Assembly: GCA_010015805.1 (NCBI GenBank)
Contig: ML978129.1
Coordinates: 434,001 to 498,000 of the forward strand
From: Rhizodiscina lignyota
Lineage: Eukaryota
Direction of reading: 5' to 3'
DNA: 64,000 bases
The translations under genes were made by a program, and so were the position numbers. The first letter of the stretch is position 1; the number at the start of each line of letters is the position of its first letter. A model generated the notes under the pieces. The model did no database searches. It saw only the letters and a program-made list of their open reading frames with translations, and had not been told where the DNA came from. This document shows, one piece after another, positions 36,461-50,256 of the stretch.

Positions 36461-37276
36461 ATGGCACCATTACAAGCCTTTCTTGCGCACAACACGCATG
36501 GCGCCAATGACCACCCCCTCTCGTCTACACTAAGAGAAGCGCGTTCCTTGTCGTCGTTCAGGATGGGGGTGGGTATTGGCCCCTGAAGGATGAAGCGAGT
36601 CGCCAGAGGTTCATCGAAAGCATACAGGCGAGGTGTACTGTGGACGATACTACTCGATGATTGCGCGATTGCGTGATAGAGGGACATTATCACTGAAGCT
36701 CAAGGTCAAGGTACAACAGCCCTTGGGCTGTGGAACAACCTTGATCCGTTCCGGTTTCAGCTGTCTCGAACCAAGTGCAAGTTCAACAGCTGCAGGAAAC
36801 CATCGTCAATTGGGTTTCACCCACCTTACCAGCATGGTCCCAGCCATGCTGGTAGCGGCTCGAAATGCAGAACAGAATGCTGGCTCGTCGCATGCTTTCT
36901 CGAAATTCCTGCGCACATGCTTCTGGCGGGCTTCTCCCAGAGTTCCTCCTGGTGTCGCCGATGAGAAAATTTGGAAGCTTGGACACTGTCGAAGTGCATC
37001 ATCTTACAAACCAGCATTTGATGATGCGCTAGTGAATATGTGAACGGAGGAACTCCAAAGAGCTGGTCTTTGACTGCTTCTTGGGTAAGAAAGGAAATCT
37101 GTTTCCAGTTGCCTTTCCGTGCGATCTCTCCGAATTTTGGGTATTTTCTCCCGCCTTCTTGGCCTGCTTCAATTTCGCATGTGTTAGGCAAACGGTCGAA
37201 GTTGCATGAGTCTACCTTGAAGAGCATGGAGTTTCTGTGACGCATGTTGTTTATTCAGTTCAAGCAATGGCGCAAT
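36461..37276. promoter_or_regulatory. CYS-3/MetR-type sulfur-regulon bZIP sites in the divergent TauD-MFS intergenic region
   Basis: ATGGCACCAT 36461-36470 matches ATGRYRYCAT exactly; ATGGCGCCAA at 36498 and ATGGCGCAAT 37267-37276 are one-mismatch variants. Confidence 0.65.
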
Positions 37277-38188
37277 TGTCGGCGCAGATCCTTCAACACC
37301 TTCGCAGAAAACCCCGGCCCCTCAGAAGCAATACAGACTACAAGCTAACGCACAGGCCAGGAAAATGTCGTGCTTCGCTCACAAACTGTCGTGACGACAA
37401 TCACCCACGCCCGAGAGGCTCCAAGCCCAGTCTTCCGAGCAGGAAGCGGAATGCATCGCTTCTCTCTATCACGAATCTCGTCCGGATATCGTTCCAGTTC
37501 CACGTTAATGGAAGACATGGGATACTCCCGAGTATTGATTTATTGTGGTACCTGTGCAGGCATCCGCGGAAAACGCGGTAGAGGTACTCCAAAGTATCGT
37601 TTTTGATTGAATAGAATCAATAGCTATGACAGTGAACGATGTTATTAGTCTCAGAGATGACACAGGCCTCTACTTTGAGTACTTCAGCGCAGTGAAATTG
37701 AGACTGACATCGAGACTCATCTATTGATTTGTTTGATCGGTGTGATCCGGAGTCGATAGGTACGTACGCCACCTTCTCGATCATCGCTTCGGTGACCTTG
37801 CAGTTCTGTCGCTTGCCATCTCTATTACCGGATCTCTGCTGTCGACTGATTCTGTCGCGCCTCCCTGTTCGAGATCAGGCTCACGCCTCTCTGTTCTGCA
37901 GGCGGGAGAATGTAATGCAGCAAGATAAGTGCCGTCTCTGGCAAATTGAAATGCTTACTGGCAGGCCGGATTCATGCAGGCGCTTCTTAGAAGACATGCT
38001 GCCATTTGGTACCCGGATGGCGTGTCTGCCCAGACTTCAATTACAGATTTTTTCCGGTATCTCAGGTACTGTACCCTTATATTAGGGGCTCACACGTTCC
38101 ACGACTCGGCATCAAGGCGTCTCAAATCCACCTCGCGGTTTGTCGAATATCATTTGTTCGGTCTGAATCAGACCTCTGGACTTGAGCC

Positions 38189-40206
38189 ATGGCGACCGTC
38201 ATTGTGAACACTTCATATCGCCGCGCAAACGACGCGGCAGGCTTTCAGCCCTCTCCAGCCTCATCTTCAGGTGACATCGGTGCTGATAGCAAAGAGAAAG
38301 GTGTTCGTACCGATGTCACAGCATCTGAGGAGATTCCACCACTGGGAGTTGCGGGAGAGGAGAAACGATTCTGGTTTCAGAGAGCCAAGTCATACGACCC
38401 CGATGCCATAGCAACGCAGGTTCGTAAGGCTTGAGGCTAATTATAATACTCATTGCTGATTGACATATCAAGCGGAGCGTATACGACGATCCAGAGACTG
38501 CGAAAGAATACATGCCTCGGTCAGATTGGTATGTCATCAACCCTCGCAGTCACCGACTTCAAAATTCTCGAAGGCATCACCCTTCTAAGACTGTCGCTCC
38601 TGACACTGCCATATAGGGAGAACTTGCACCGTTTCAATCCCCTTGCCCGATGGACATGGTCTGAAGAACACAGACTTATTCGGAAGATCGATCTACGCAT
38701 CTGTTTTTTCGCCTGCGTCATGTTCCTGTGTCTGGAACTGGACCGCTCTAACATCCAGCAAGCCAATACAGATAGCTTCTTAACAGATCTGGGCCTAACT
38801 ACGAATGACTACAACCTTGGAAACACCGTCTTCAAGGCCAGCTTTCTCTGCGCGGAACTGCCGTCGCAGCTTGTCAGCAAATGGATTGGACCGGATAGAT
38901 GGATTCCAGCGCAGATGATATTGTGGTCTTTTGTTGCTGGAGCGCAGTATTGGCTATCCGGACGAACGAGCTTCCTGACTTGCCGGGCCCTTCTAGGGAT
39001 ATTACAAGGCGGCTTTATCCCTGACGTAATCCTGTACCTCTCGTACTTCTACAAGCACCATGAGCTCTCCTTGCGACTGTCATTTTTCTGGACCGCATTG
39101 AGCCTATCTGATATCTTGGCTGGCTTTCTGGCTTTCGGTCTACTCCACATGAGAGGCGTCGAAGGACAATCGGGTTGGCGCTGGATGTTTCTTATCGAAG
39201 GACTTCTCACTCTCCTTGTCGGGATCTTTGCCTTTCTCCTGATGCCAGCGGGGCCTTGTCAAACTGCGAGTTGGGCTCGCGGAAGAAAGGGCTGGTTCTC
39301 TGCAAGGGAAGAAGAGATCATCGTCAATCGTGTTATCCGAGAAGATCCATCGAAAGGGACTATGCACAACCGCCAGCCTGTTACTCCGAAGTTGCTTTGG
39401 AAGAGCTTGAAGGACTTTGATCTCTGGCCCGTATACATCATCGGCTTGCTCTTCCAGACCCCAATGACACCGCCTCAGCAATACCTGACTCTGTCATTGC
39501 GGGGCCTTGGATTCGATACGTTCCAATCCAATCTGCTCGCTATCCCGTGGAATGTATTGCATATCATTTTCATGCTAATACTGTCATATTCTTCGGAAAT
39601 TTTCGGCGAACTCACGATCCACGCCGTCACAGGACAGATCTGGGCAATACCTTTCCTTGTCTGGCTTGTTGTCACGGATACTGCTCACACCAACAAATGG
39701 TTGGTCTGGGCTATGATCACACTACTCTTGAGCTACCCGAATGGTATGCCCTTCCGCCTGACATAGTCTTGTATTTTGCGGCTTACTGACGACCTCGTAG
39801 CTCATCCAATTCAAGTCGGCTGGACCTCTCGCAATGCCAATACCGTCCGCTCGCGAACCGTTTCTGCTGCGTGTTACAACATGTTCGTGCAGGCAAGCGG
39901 TATCATTTCTTCCAACATTTATCGCAAGGGCAAGTTTCTCTACCTAGTCACTGTTTGCTGCCCCTTCAAATATTAACTAACTGGCTCTTAGATGATGCAC
40001 CGAACTATCATCGCGGCAACACAGCGCTGCTAGGAATATGCGTGGGAAACGTGGGGATCTATTTCTTGACGAAAGTGTATTATATCTGGCGGAATCGATC
40101 CAAGGAACGGAAATGGAATGCGATGACCGTAGAACAGCAATTGGAGTACTTGGCAACGACTACGGATGAAGGAAACAAGAGGCTAGACTTCAGGTTCCAG
40201 CATTGA
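38189..40206 (+). CDS. MFS transporter, allantoate permease (Dal5) family, Soa1/YIL166C-like sulfonate/sulfate importer, multi-exon
   Basis: [72 protein letters not shown]-terminal [11 protein letters not shown]. Confidence 0.93.
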
Positions 40207-40986
40207 TGGGACATCCGTGCAGCTACATCTCAAGCTTCTCTGTCAAGCTACTATGTCGGCCAAGTTATAAATACTATACTAGAGATTCTGCATAGAGTAT
40301 AGATCCGGCGGAGAGGAGAAAGCATTGAGGTTATGAGATCCCACGAAGTCAGTGAAAGGCAAATGTGATGGCTTGACTCCAGCGGTCTGATCTGAACGTT
40401 TTATATTATTACGAGGCTAACTTTGTTTTCGCCGATCGACGCAGAGGGCGGCTAATCTCCGGCAAATTGACGATCCCTATCTTGGCATTTCTTACGGAGG
40501 ACGTGCGTCCGCCCAGTGAATGTAACGCGCCACAGCAGCCAACATTGGCTGTCCAAACACATTTCCAAGACTTTCTTTCATGCATTTCGTCTCACGAGTC
40601 AAGCAAGAGTATCTCCCCGCAATCCATTCCAAGCGGTAGAAGATGAGCCGAAGCACGAAGCCAGTCAATCCCGGTTGGTGGAATTCAGCCCATTGGCCTC
40701 TCCGCATTATCATCTGTATACCTACGCGCGCTTCACGACTTTCCGGGGCGCTGCAAACTGAGATTGATGCGCTTCCTCCTTCCTATCATTTGAGATAAGT
40801 ATCATCGCTGCCGGTGTACTCTCCGTCATGGAATTCCTTTTCCTTTTCCTCTGGCTTAAATATCTGGCCAACGTCTTCTGAGAATGTTTGCCCAGAACGT
40901 CTAATGGGCCTTGCTTCAAGATCTTTATCTGCATTCTTCTCGATAATTGACCATTTTGTATCTTCTCCAGCATCTCATCTGGAACA

Positions 40987-42834
40987 ATGTCGCAACCGGC
41001 AGGTGAGACGCACGCAGTTTTGAGCGTTCCCCAGATACTGGCGAACACGCCGTATCGACCATGGATTCTCAACAAGCGCCTGCGCAAGCTCTATTTCGCG
41101 CTTATCCCGGCTTGTATTTTTGTGTGTGCCACGAATGGTTTTGATGGCTCGATGATCAACGGCATCCAAGCTGGTAACGACACCCAAAACGGTCGGACTT
41201 GAGAGCATTGGCTGAGATACTATGTCATAGTTAAATCATGGCAAGACTCCTTCAACCACCCGAGTGGTGCTATTCTTGGCTTCATGGCAGCATGTTACCC
41301 GCTGGGTGCTGTTTTGTCTACACCGTTCGCTCCGCCTATTGCAGACAGATTCGGGAGACGGTGGTCCGTCTTTATCGGTGAGGAGTTCAACACTCAAGAT
41401 TGACGTCGCTTTACTCATCCACATATAGGGAGCGTAATTATGTGCATTGGTGTGGCGCTCCAGACAGCGTCAAATACAGGTCTGTCGCCCCTACCGTTTG
41501 CTTCTGCAATTGCAGGACAATTCTCACAAATCGTTTACAGTTGCTTTCTTCTGTGGTGCACGTGTAGTTGTCGGATTTGGCATTACAATGGCACTAGCAG
41601 CTGCGCCTGTACTCATCTCAGAGCTTGCACATCCTCAAGATCGAGTCATCTTCACAGCGATATATGGCACGGTAAGACCGTCGCTGCTCTTGCCAGGAGA
41701 TCTCCTCACTAACATTATTCGTAGAGCTTCTGTATGACACCTGGTAAATGCCCCGATATGCTAAGTGACTAACACACGTATTCACCAGATCTCGGTGCTG
41801 TACCGGCGGCTTGGGTTACATACGGTACTTTTCGCATCCCGAACTCCTGGGGCTGGCGCATTCCTTCCATCCTTCAAGCGGTGCCTGCTATAATCCAAGT
41901 CATCTTCATCTTCATGCTTCCCGAATCACCTCGGTGGCTTGTTTATAAGGATCGCCACGAAGAAGCGCTCAATATCTTCGTTAAGTATCACGGGATGGGT
42001 TCATCCGGCGATGAGCTTGCGCAAGCTGAGTACTTCGAAGTGGTCGAAACATTGCGCATTGAAAAGGAGGCACGTGCCGTTGGTCTCAAGCTCTTCTTCC
42101 AGACCCGTGGCAACATGCATCGCTTGGCAATCCTCATCACCTTCGGTTTCTTTGGCCAATGGTCCGGTAACGGGCTAGTTTCATATTACCTGGCCAAAAT
42201 CCTAACCTCTATCGGCATTACCGGACAAAGCGAACAGAACATGATCAATGGAGTCCTCACAACCGTAAATTATGTAACGGGCGTTTTCGCTGCGTTCATG
42301 ACTATGCACGTCGACCGGCGCAAGATGTTTATGGGCGGCGGGATAGGCATGATCCTGTTCTTCTCTTCGCTGACGATAGGGTTGGCGGTCTACAATGAAA
42401 AGCACTCGAGCGCAGCTGGGCGTGCCGCATTGGGATTCATCTTCATCTACTACGTGGCGTACAATATCTGCCTCAACGCAACGCTGTACCTCTATCCCTC
42501 GGAAGTCCTACCATTCCGCCTGCGCGCTATGGGTATGGGCGTCTTGGTTTTTTCAAACAAGCTCGCCCTATTCCTCAACCAGTTTGTGAACCCAATCGGC
42601 ATGGATAGCCTGGGGTGGAAATATTATCTTGTATACGTGGGCTGGCTGGTTGTTGAGGTTATAGTAATGTATTTCCTGTGGCCAGAGACTCGCGGTTACA
42701 GCTTGGAAAGGGTTGCTGAGGTCTTCGACGGGCCGGCGATCAAGGACGCATTAGATACAGCGGTCGCAAAGGATATGATGAACGAGAAGGTGCATTTGGA
42801 GAATGTAGAGGTAACAAACGTAAAGGACGTTTGA
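40987..42834 (+). CDS. MFS sugar porter (lactose permease / cellodextrin transporter-like), multi-exon
   Basis: ATNGFDGSMING, ADRFGRRW, LISELAHP, WGWRIPSILQ, PESPRWL, QWSGNGLVSYYL, YPSEVLP, PETRG. Confidence 0.95.
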
Positions 42835-43231
42835 TATGAATTTTCAAAGGGCAAGAGAACGCGACAGAAGTGGACTCCGATCATCCAATAACTTCGCCTC
42901 CGTAACGCCCAAATAGATGACTGATCAGAAACTCAGTTTTGAATACGGAAGAGTCAACAATGTTGAGTTGTACATCATGTCGTAAGGGTCTTGACTGCAC
43001 AATATCTCTATTGTGCGCCGATAAAGTATGCTACATTTGCCGAATCATACGGCCCCCGCTATGGGAGAGCCGCATCCTGAGCTAGTCTGGAAGTATACCG
43101 AAAGCAATCGTGATTTCCAAAGAACGCAAAGACGCCGTCGCTTGCAATGCCTCAAGACCGACGTATCGGTCCCGTTCCCATAGTAGAAACACGCTCATGC
43201 AAAACTGCGTCGAGTCGCGCAACCTCGCACT

Positions 43232-46200
43232 CTAACCACCTTTCACTTCAATCCCCTCGATCACCTGTGCCTCTCCTCCCATCATATCGACATCCTGCGC
43301 ACTCGCGCCAGGAATGATACGACACAACGAATCCACCAACTCGTCCTGAAGACCATCCTTAACATAGACGACGAAATACGGCGTGGCAGGGTGTACGCGC
43401 GTATAGTCTTCTTGCTCGAAGATCTTGGTCAGATCAGTCTCCTCAGTCACGCGCTCATCGTTATAAGTCATCCAAATGCCGCGCTTAAAGTCACGGATGT
43501 AGATCCAGTAGTGTCCGGCACCTGCCGAGCCACGATGTATGAAGAGCGCATGCAGGCGGTATGCCTGGTCCTCCATACCATCAAACTGGTCCTTGATGCT
43601 CATCTTCAGGCCAGATATGCGCGTCTCGAGCTCTTTCAGCTCTTTGGCCACTTCGTCACTCCGCCCTTGAAGGTGAATTGAGAGATCCGGATCCACAGCC
43701 AGCGGGTCGACGTCCATGAGGTCGTCCTGTACCCCATTCGCTTGCAGCGACGTGACAAACTCAGATGCCGCGTTGAGCACGTCTGGCAACTTCGTGTCTG
43801 ACGAGATCGTGTTCACGAGCTCATCTCTTCTCGCTTCCAACTCTCGTAACTCGTCTTTCCATTTCCATGTTGCTTGCCGTCTCTTGAGCATTGATGGGCC
43901 GCCTTCGACATAGCGATCCATGTACAGAGTCTCTTCAAGCTTCATCGGGTACTCAATCTTGAAAGGCCCCTTGAGTTCCCATCCAACACGGTTCACATTG
44001 ATTTGCAGGATGGGAGGAAGAGCTTCAATTGTTCCATAACGTGATATTCGTCGCCCGTTCAGTTCGACCTTTTCGGGATCAAATATTCGGTCAAGGGCAG
44101 AATATATATCGGTGGGGCCTTTGTCAACCTGCAAAATGAGTGACGTGAATGCTTCCACTTTGCTGTCAACACGCTTTCCCCCAGCCGTAACACGTGGATA
44201 CGTCATTTTGACCTTGCCCGTGAACAGCCTGCGTAGCAGTCAGCTTTAAAGTAGAAGAGTGGAAAACAGCACTGACTCTGTAATTTGATCTATCTGCTCT
44301 CCGTTTTCCTCAACATCGATTGGTTTGATTGCGCATCGGAGTTGGAAGAGTACATTTTCCATGGCCTCGGTGACATCCTGCTGCTTGGCGAGGAACTCAA
44401 CTTCCTGAAGCAAATCAGCTTGTTTGGAAGTATCAACTTTGGGCCTTGGCGGAACGGGCGGAGGGCGTGCTGGTGGAGAGGGATCGTCTGCAGGAAGCTC
44501 ATATACTTGAGAATTCCTAGCTATTTTTGGTTCATCCTCCTCCTCTGGGCTGAGCAATGGCTGGTCCTGATTATCGAGGGTTGCCGGCGAATCAGGCATT
44601 GCGACGTCGGGAGCTGTGCCTGGTTCGGCTTTCGTTGTCTGCGATGATTTGAACGCGTCAACACCGTTCATATCATCTTCATCACTCTCTGGGGTGCGAA
44701 TATCACCCACAAGAGTGGTATCACTAGCACTATCAGGTGCGTCGGTAGTTGGTTGCTTCGAAGAGGGATCTTCATCTTGATCTTCGTCCTTCGGTGGTGG
44801 TACCTCTTCACTCTCGTTAGCCGACGCTATCGGAGGAAGAGGTCCATGCACGGCAGCTCCATCTATCTCGCCAAGGCCTGCAGGTCTACTTCCTCCAATT
44901 GTAGATCTGCGCCTTGCTGTTGCACTTTGTGGATTCGTACTTTTCAATGTGCCCGACGCCAGTTTTAGAGATGGCTTCACCACAGCGCTGCTGGTTGTGA
45001 TCATCTCTTCGAAGAACGACGCAAGCTCAAAAGCAACTATAATCATCAGCGAGAGTCGAAATGAAATCGGGGTTATACATACAATCAATGTAGTGTTGGA
45101 CCTCTTTCGCAGGGACAATACGGCCTCCAACTCTCCTAGATTTAATTGCCCGCGGACTTGTTTCCATTTTGTGCTCTTCAAGTGACAGGAGCAAATCTCG
45201 CAGGGGCTTGATGGCAAAGAGGTATTGCAACAAACTGTTGAAATAGCACGTGGCGCCAAGGTTATGGATGCCGACAGGCCACTGTTCAGCTGGCCGTGTT
45301 ATCTGCGGATCCCTGAGGGTGTCGCCTTGGTCTGGGAACGCCTCGTAATGTGATGTTAGCACGGCTGCCGCCCTGTTGAAATCATCCTCACGGTCTGGCG
45401 CTTCTTGAATGCGGGATTGAAGTAGCACTGGGAGCATTTCCAGTGACAAACTCGTTCTATCATCGATTTGCAAAGTACTGTATGCTTCCCCAACGTCCAT
45501 TGTGGGCTGGTCTGCATGACCATTTGCTAATAGACCCTTCAAGTACGTGCTGTTTCTTGCATTAGCAATTATCCCCAGGGCTTTTCGAGCCATGTCGATG
45601 GACGCTGGGTCGTCGGCGGTTTTAGTAACGAACAAGCTCGAGACAAAATCATCTGGAAGGGAAGCATTTGCGTCGAGGTAGGATAGGGCTTGGTCATACG
45701 TCTCAAGCTCGTTTGAAGCAATTTCCATCAACGTTCGGCTGCCACGCGCAGTGGCTATCACTCGTAGCTGTTCTCGGCATTCGGCATGCTGCGATAATGG
45801 AACTGAGCCGAGTCGCGAGCTATATAGCCCTGCTATGTGGTCGTCGCCGTGTGTAAACCTTAGATTAACGTCCAGGCCGAAGTATCGGTAGGCAGCTGCA
45901 ATTTCCTTTTTCGTGTTGTATCCATCTGATCTGAGTAAAGCAATCTTCACTCCAAGCTCTTCGCTGTTCTTCCGGTTACTCTCGACCTCTACAAGACAGT
46001 CAAAGTAGTATCCTCGATTTTCGGGATCGCAGCGCATCTGTCTTTCGAAGGCAAAGATGATGAGTTGGTCAGAGAAATCTTGAAGCGCCCCCAAGCCGGC
46101 GTAAAAGGGATCTCCAGCTCCTGTAAGATCGACTCTACGGCGAGATGACTGAATCTTATCATAGTCTGAGTACCCTAAGCACCGTTCGATGTCTTTTAAA

Positions 46201-47287
46201 AGTGGCCGGCGAGCATTGGGAATGTTTTTCAAGGTGCTTCTGTCTCCCTCGGGTTGTGCAGAAAGATGTACGAACAACTCATTGCGTACGTCGGCCAAAT
46301 AGGCAATGAATGCCTCCGGGTCTCTGTGCTCGGAGGGGTTCGGCAAATAGCAGAACCCACCGTCATCATCATCCTCATCGCCAACTCGAAAGCCCAGACT
46401 TTCCAGCAAATACCGGCAGTCCTCGCCGAATGTAACCATGAACCGTCTATTCTTCACAGGAATCTTCCGTCGCCCGCTTCCTGTGTCCATGCCGTCTCGA
46501 AGGTATGTGCTGAGCGCATCAAACGCGTCGACCGGACGAGCAACTTTGAAGTCATCTCTCTCCGGATCCGAGACAATGGCTGCTTGCAGTCTAGCTTCCA
46601 ACGCGTTCCGATCGCTGAGCAAGTACACATATTCGTCGGCAAATAGTGGTGCTCGTAGGGTGACCGACAATTTTGCCAGGCACGAATCAGCAGAACACTT
46701 GAAGAGGAAGCTTCTGTCCTTGCTATTCTGATTGTCTAATGAAATGCTGCCAACACCATTGAGTCGAGGGATAGGCTGCTCCGCGATGAACTGGAAGTGA
46801 TGCAGAGGAAATTCTTTGTTAGGACACGGGAAGAAGCTGGAGTCCGAAATAGATGCACCAGAGTCCGCGCGACTTCGAAAGCTGCCTCTGTAGTCTATTT
46901 TCAAATCGAGGTGATGTCGACATCGGTAGCATATCGCATGAATCTCGTACTGTGTTGTGGCATCTGGACGGCTGTCTAGCGGTGGGACGATGTCGGTAGG
47001 CAGCAGCTTTTCGAAGAACACATGATGACAGCTATCTTCTGGTAAAACGGGAGTAGCATGATTGTCCAGGTCTTCTCGAGGCGGAGGAGTGGTGAGAACG
47101 TTGCGGCCAAGAAGCAGTTCGTTTCGAGGATCGTAGTTGAGCAGGTCTTCAAGCAACCGCGGGGCCGTCTTCCCTACGCATCGTTAATATAGCTTCATTT
47201 CAAACCCAAATATCAAGAAATACCTGGCCGATACGACAGCTCCCGCCCAGGACGCCCGCTGCCGGGGTCCCCGCCCAGCTCGGGCAT
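43232..47287 (-). CDS. UBP2: Ubiquitin carboxyl-terminal hydrolase, Ubp2 type, multi-exon
   Basis: Exon 1 MPELGG...RPG / KTAPRLLEDL; Cys box GIHNLGATCYFNSLLQY, QQDVTE, His box HRGSAGAGHYWIY, YNDERV; long N-terminal repeat region typical of fungal Ubp2. Confidence 0.9.
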
Positions 47288-48608
47288 CCACGACTTGGTA
47301 GCCAGTATGCCTGTATCTCCTTATGTAGTTTGAGAAGGTTTTGCTTCTGGAATAAAGGTGTTATGGTGGGGCCGTCGGCGGGTTCAAGCTCGTTGTGAGG
47401 ATGATGTGGAAGCTTTGATCGGGGAAGAAAGAGGCGCTTCTTGGAGCTTCTGCGTGTTGCGTGGAAGTGGGCGGCTGCAACTGGGGCGAAATCAAGCGGC
47501 TGACCGCCACGCAAGTTCCACAAACACCCCGCAGAGAGCAAGCTTGTTTGCGATCGCGCTGGAACAGAGGTGTGAGGTAAAAGAAGTGTTTACGCGTGGT
47601 TTGCGCGTTGGTAGTGGAAGCAGGCAGATGTTCTTTCTGTGCAGCTTCCCCGGACGTACGTCAAGCCTTGGCGCAAAACCCCTGCAACATTAATTGTGGC
47701 GCACAATCACATCACACGCCACGCGCCTTGGGCATCTCTTCAACTTCCTCACAAAACCATAATGCATCAATGAACAAATGCAGAGTGCCTTCTCGATGGC
47801 AGTATGCTGCTTCTATTCCTCCATGTCGCGTTGGCAAGCTCAAAACTTTGTTCGCATCATAGTACCTATGCCCTGGTGACCTTTCTGATGGGTTTCATCT
47901 GTCAATATATTTATATTCTACGTTTTATATTTTTCGCATTGGGTTTGACACTTTTGGGCTACGAATACCATACATAAGAGCGTCTTGGGCACCAGAATAT
48001 CGTCGGACTCCAATACGCCGAACGCCGTTTCTTGTCTCTACCACGCTTCTGGGAGGCGGCGTAGCAAAAACGCCCACCTATAAAAACCCTCCCTTCTATC
48101 CAACATTTCCGAGGCAGATGGCCACATTGGTGTTGTGATAGGAAAAGAGGAAGAGACTGGAGAGCTGGCTGGGCTTGTTTCGACTCAAGATACAGAGGTC
48201 GGCTAATGTCACTCTCGAGTAATTGCCGCGAGTGTTTTGGCATTCCGGGCATTAAGAGCACAGAAGAGCAAGACGGTCCCAATAGCAACCTCAAGCTATA
48301 GTCGACCGCCGGGAAAGGATGGCTTCGGTCAAAGCAAACGTATACATGACAAGCAGTACAACGTCGAGGTAGGTACTTTTCTTATTTTCCACACAATTGC
48401 TGGATCTTTATGGACACAGAGGTTCAGATAGGCATGGATGGTCCCGATGGCAGCCTCAAGCCCAAGTCGGCTGCCCGTTGAAGGAGGCTCCCAGGAGATT
48501 GAATGCATGGCTGGCAAGCAATACAACAACATGGGAGCACTCTTTCTCTCCCGCAACAGTGGTTGGCAATCAAATACTCCATTAAGGTGTATCACTGCTC
48601 TGCAACTA

Positions 48609-50256
48609 TCATAGTCGACTTCTTGCGCTCAATCGCGACAATGCAGCTTCTCGGCCGGCAATGCGCCCAAACACGGCGCCCTTTGTCAACCCAGCTCCAC
48701 CAGGGTAGTTGTGATAGAAGAGGCCGCCCGCAACTTCTCCGACTGCCCACAGTCCCGGCATATGTTTGCCTTCGTTGTTCAGCGCTCGAGCGCTGGTGTC
48801 CGTCTGAATACCGCCGTAGGTGAACGTAATACCGCAGGTCACCGCATATGCGACGAATGGCCCCTTATCGATCCTAAGAGCCCAGTTCGACTTTGGTATT
48901 AAGATAGAGTTGTTCGTGTGAAGACCGTCAAGTGCATGAGGGTCGAACTTGTCAGACTGAGGACATGCATTGTTGTATTCCTCGACGGTCCGCTTGAGAG
49001 CTTGGGTGCTGACTCCGATTTTGGTTGCTAGCTGGTCGATGGAGTCCGCCCAGATTGGTGTGGCCGTCTCGTATCGCTTTGGCAGGAGGTGGATTGCCTG
49101 CTGGTCAAATATTTGGTATGCTTTGGCCTCTGGTTGGTCGGCTATCTTCTTGCCGGTTTTGGCATATGTCTGCATTCAAGAATTTAGCGCCAGCAAAGCA
49201 ACCAGACCATTCTCATTCGTCAGTAATGAACCTACCTTCTCCCAGTACTCTTCACCCTCGTCAAAGAAGCGCTGCCCGTTGACGTTTACTGTGATTCCGT
49301 ACTGGTACGCGTACCGGGGCTTGTAACGTCATGTTAGCTAGACTTCACAAAGCGATTAATCATTTGACAGAGTCGCCTACGATGTGTGGTGATATCTTGA
49401 TATCACCCATTAGAGGGCCATGAAAATCTTGAGGTGAGGCGTGTGCTGCTCCCCAGTGCCCAACAGTCCTTGCGCCAGCATCAATCGCTCGACAGAGCAT
49501 GGTGCCTGTGTTATACTTCGTTCCGCGCACAAGCACAAGATCCCATCCTTCACCGAGGTACTGTCGTCGCATGGCTGGATTTGAAGAGAAGCCCCCGGAC
49601 GCGAGGATGACATGCCCATATATATCGACATAGCTGCCTCTCTGTCTGGTTCTCACACCCAAAACCATATCTCCTGAGGTGATCAAGTCATGGCCGGGAC
49701 AATCATATTTGATCGTGATTGGATTCGGTCCATAAGCGGTCCGCTCCACCGCCGCATATAAATTCTCTATTAGCCCCACACCACTGTTTCTGACCATGAT
49801 AGCAGCTCCGGGCTCAACGTTGATGACCTTGCCTTTTTGGCCTTCGACATTATAATACTTTCGAGTTGTCGTCTCCCATTTGACGCCTTTCTTGTACATC
49901 CACTCGATAATCGGCCAGCTCTGATCCAGCAGAACTTCAGACGTGGCGGGGTCATTCCGACCGTGACTGACATTCGAGAGGTCCCGATTATAGTCTTCCT
50001 TCGTATAAGGCTCGATAGCACACAGATGAACATCTTTCGCCGCTTCCTCGCACAGAAACGGCTTGATACTTCCCAAGCCATTATGGGTAGTGCGAAATAT
50101 GGTGCCAGCAAAACGACTGTTTCCGCCTCTGTCTTCTTTAGACGCAGCTTCAATCACGAGAACTCTTGCTCCATGCTCTTGAGCAGAGAGTGCGGCACAA
50201 AGGGCCGCATTGCCTCCCCCTACAACAATAACATCGAACTGATTCTCGCTACTCAT
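48609..50256 (-). CDS. FAD-dependent oxidoreductase, tricarballylate dehydrogenase TcuA/CobZ-like (FAD_binding_2), 3 exons
   Basis: DVIVVGGGNAALCAALSA, RGGNSRF, LASGGF..N..MRRQYLG.GWDL..VRGTKYNTG, GQRFFDEG, KSNWA, GITFTYGG, GGLFYHNYPGGAGLTKGAVFGR. Confidence 0.9.

Noticed and set aside
47900..48600. Protein-like fragments between UBP2 and the TcuA-like gene
   Set aside because: Too short and interrupted to assign.
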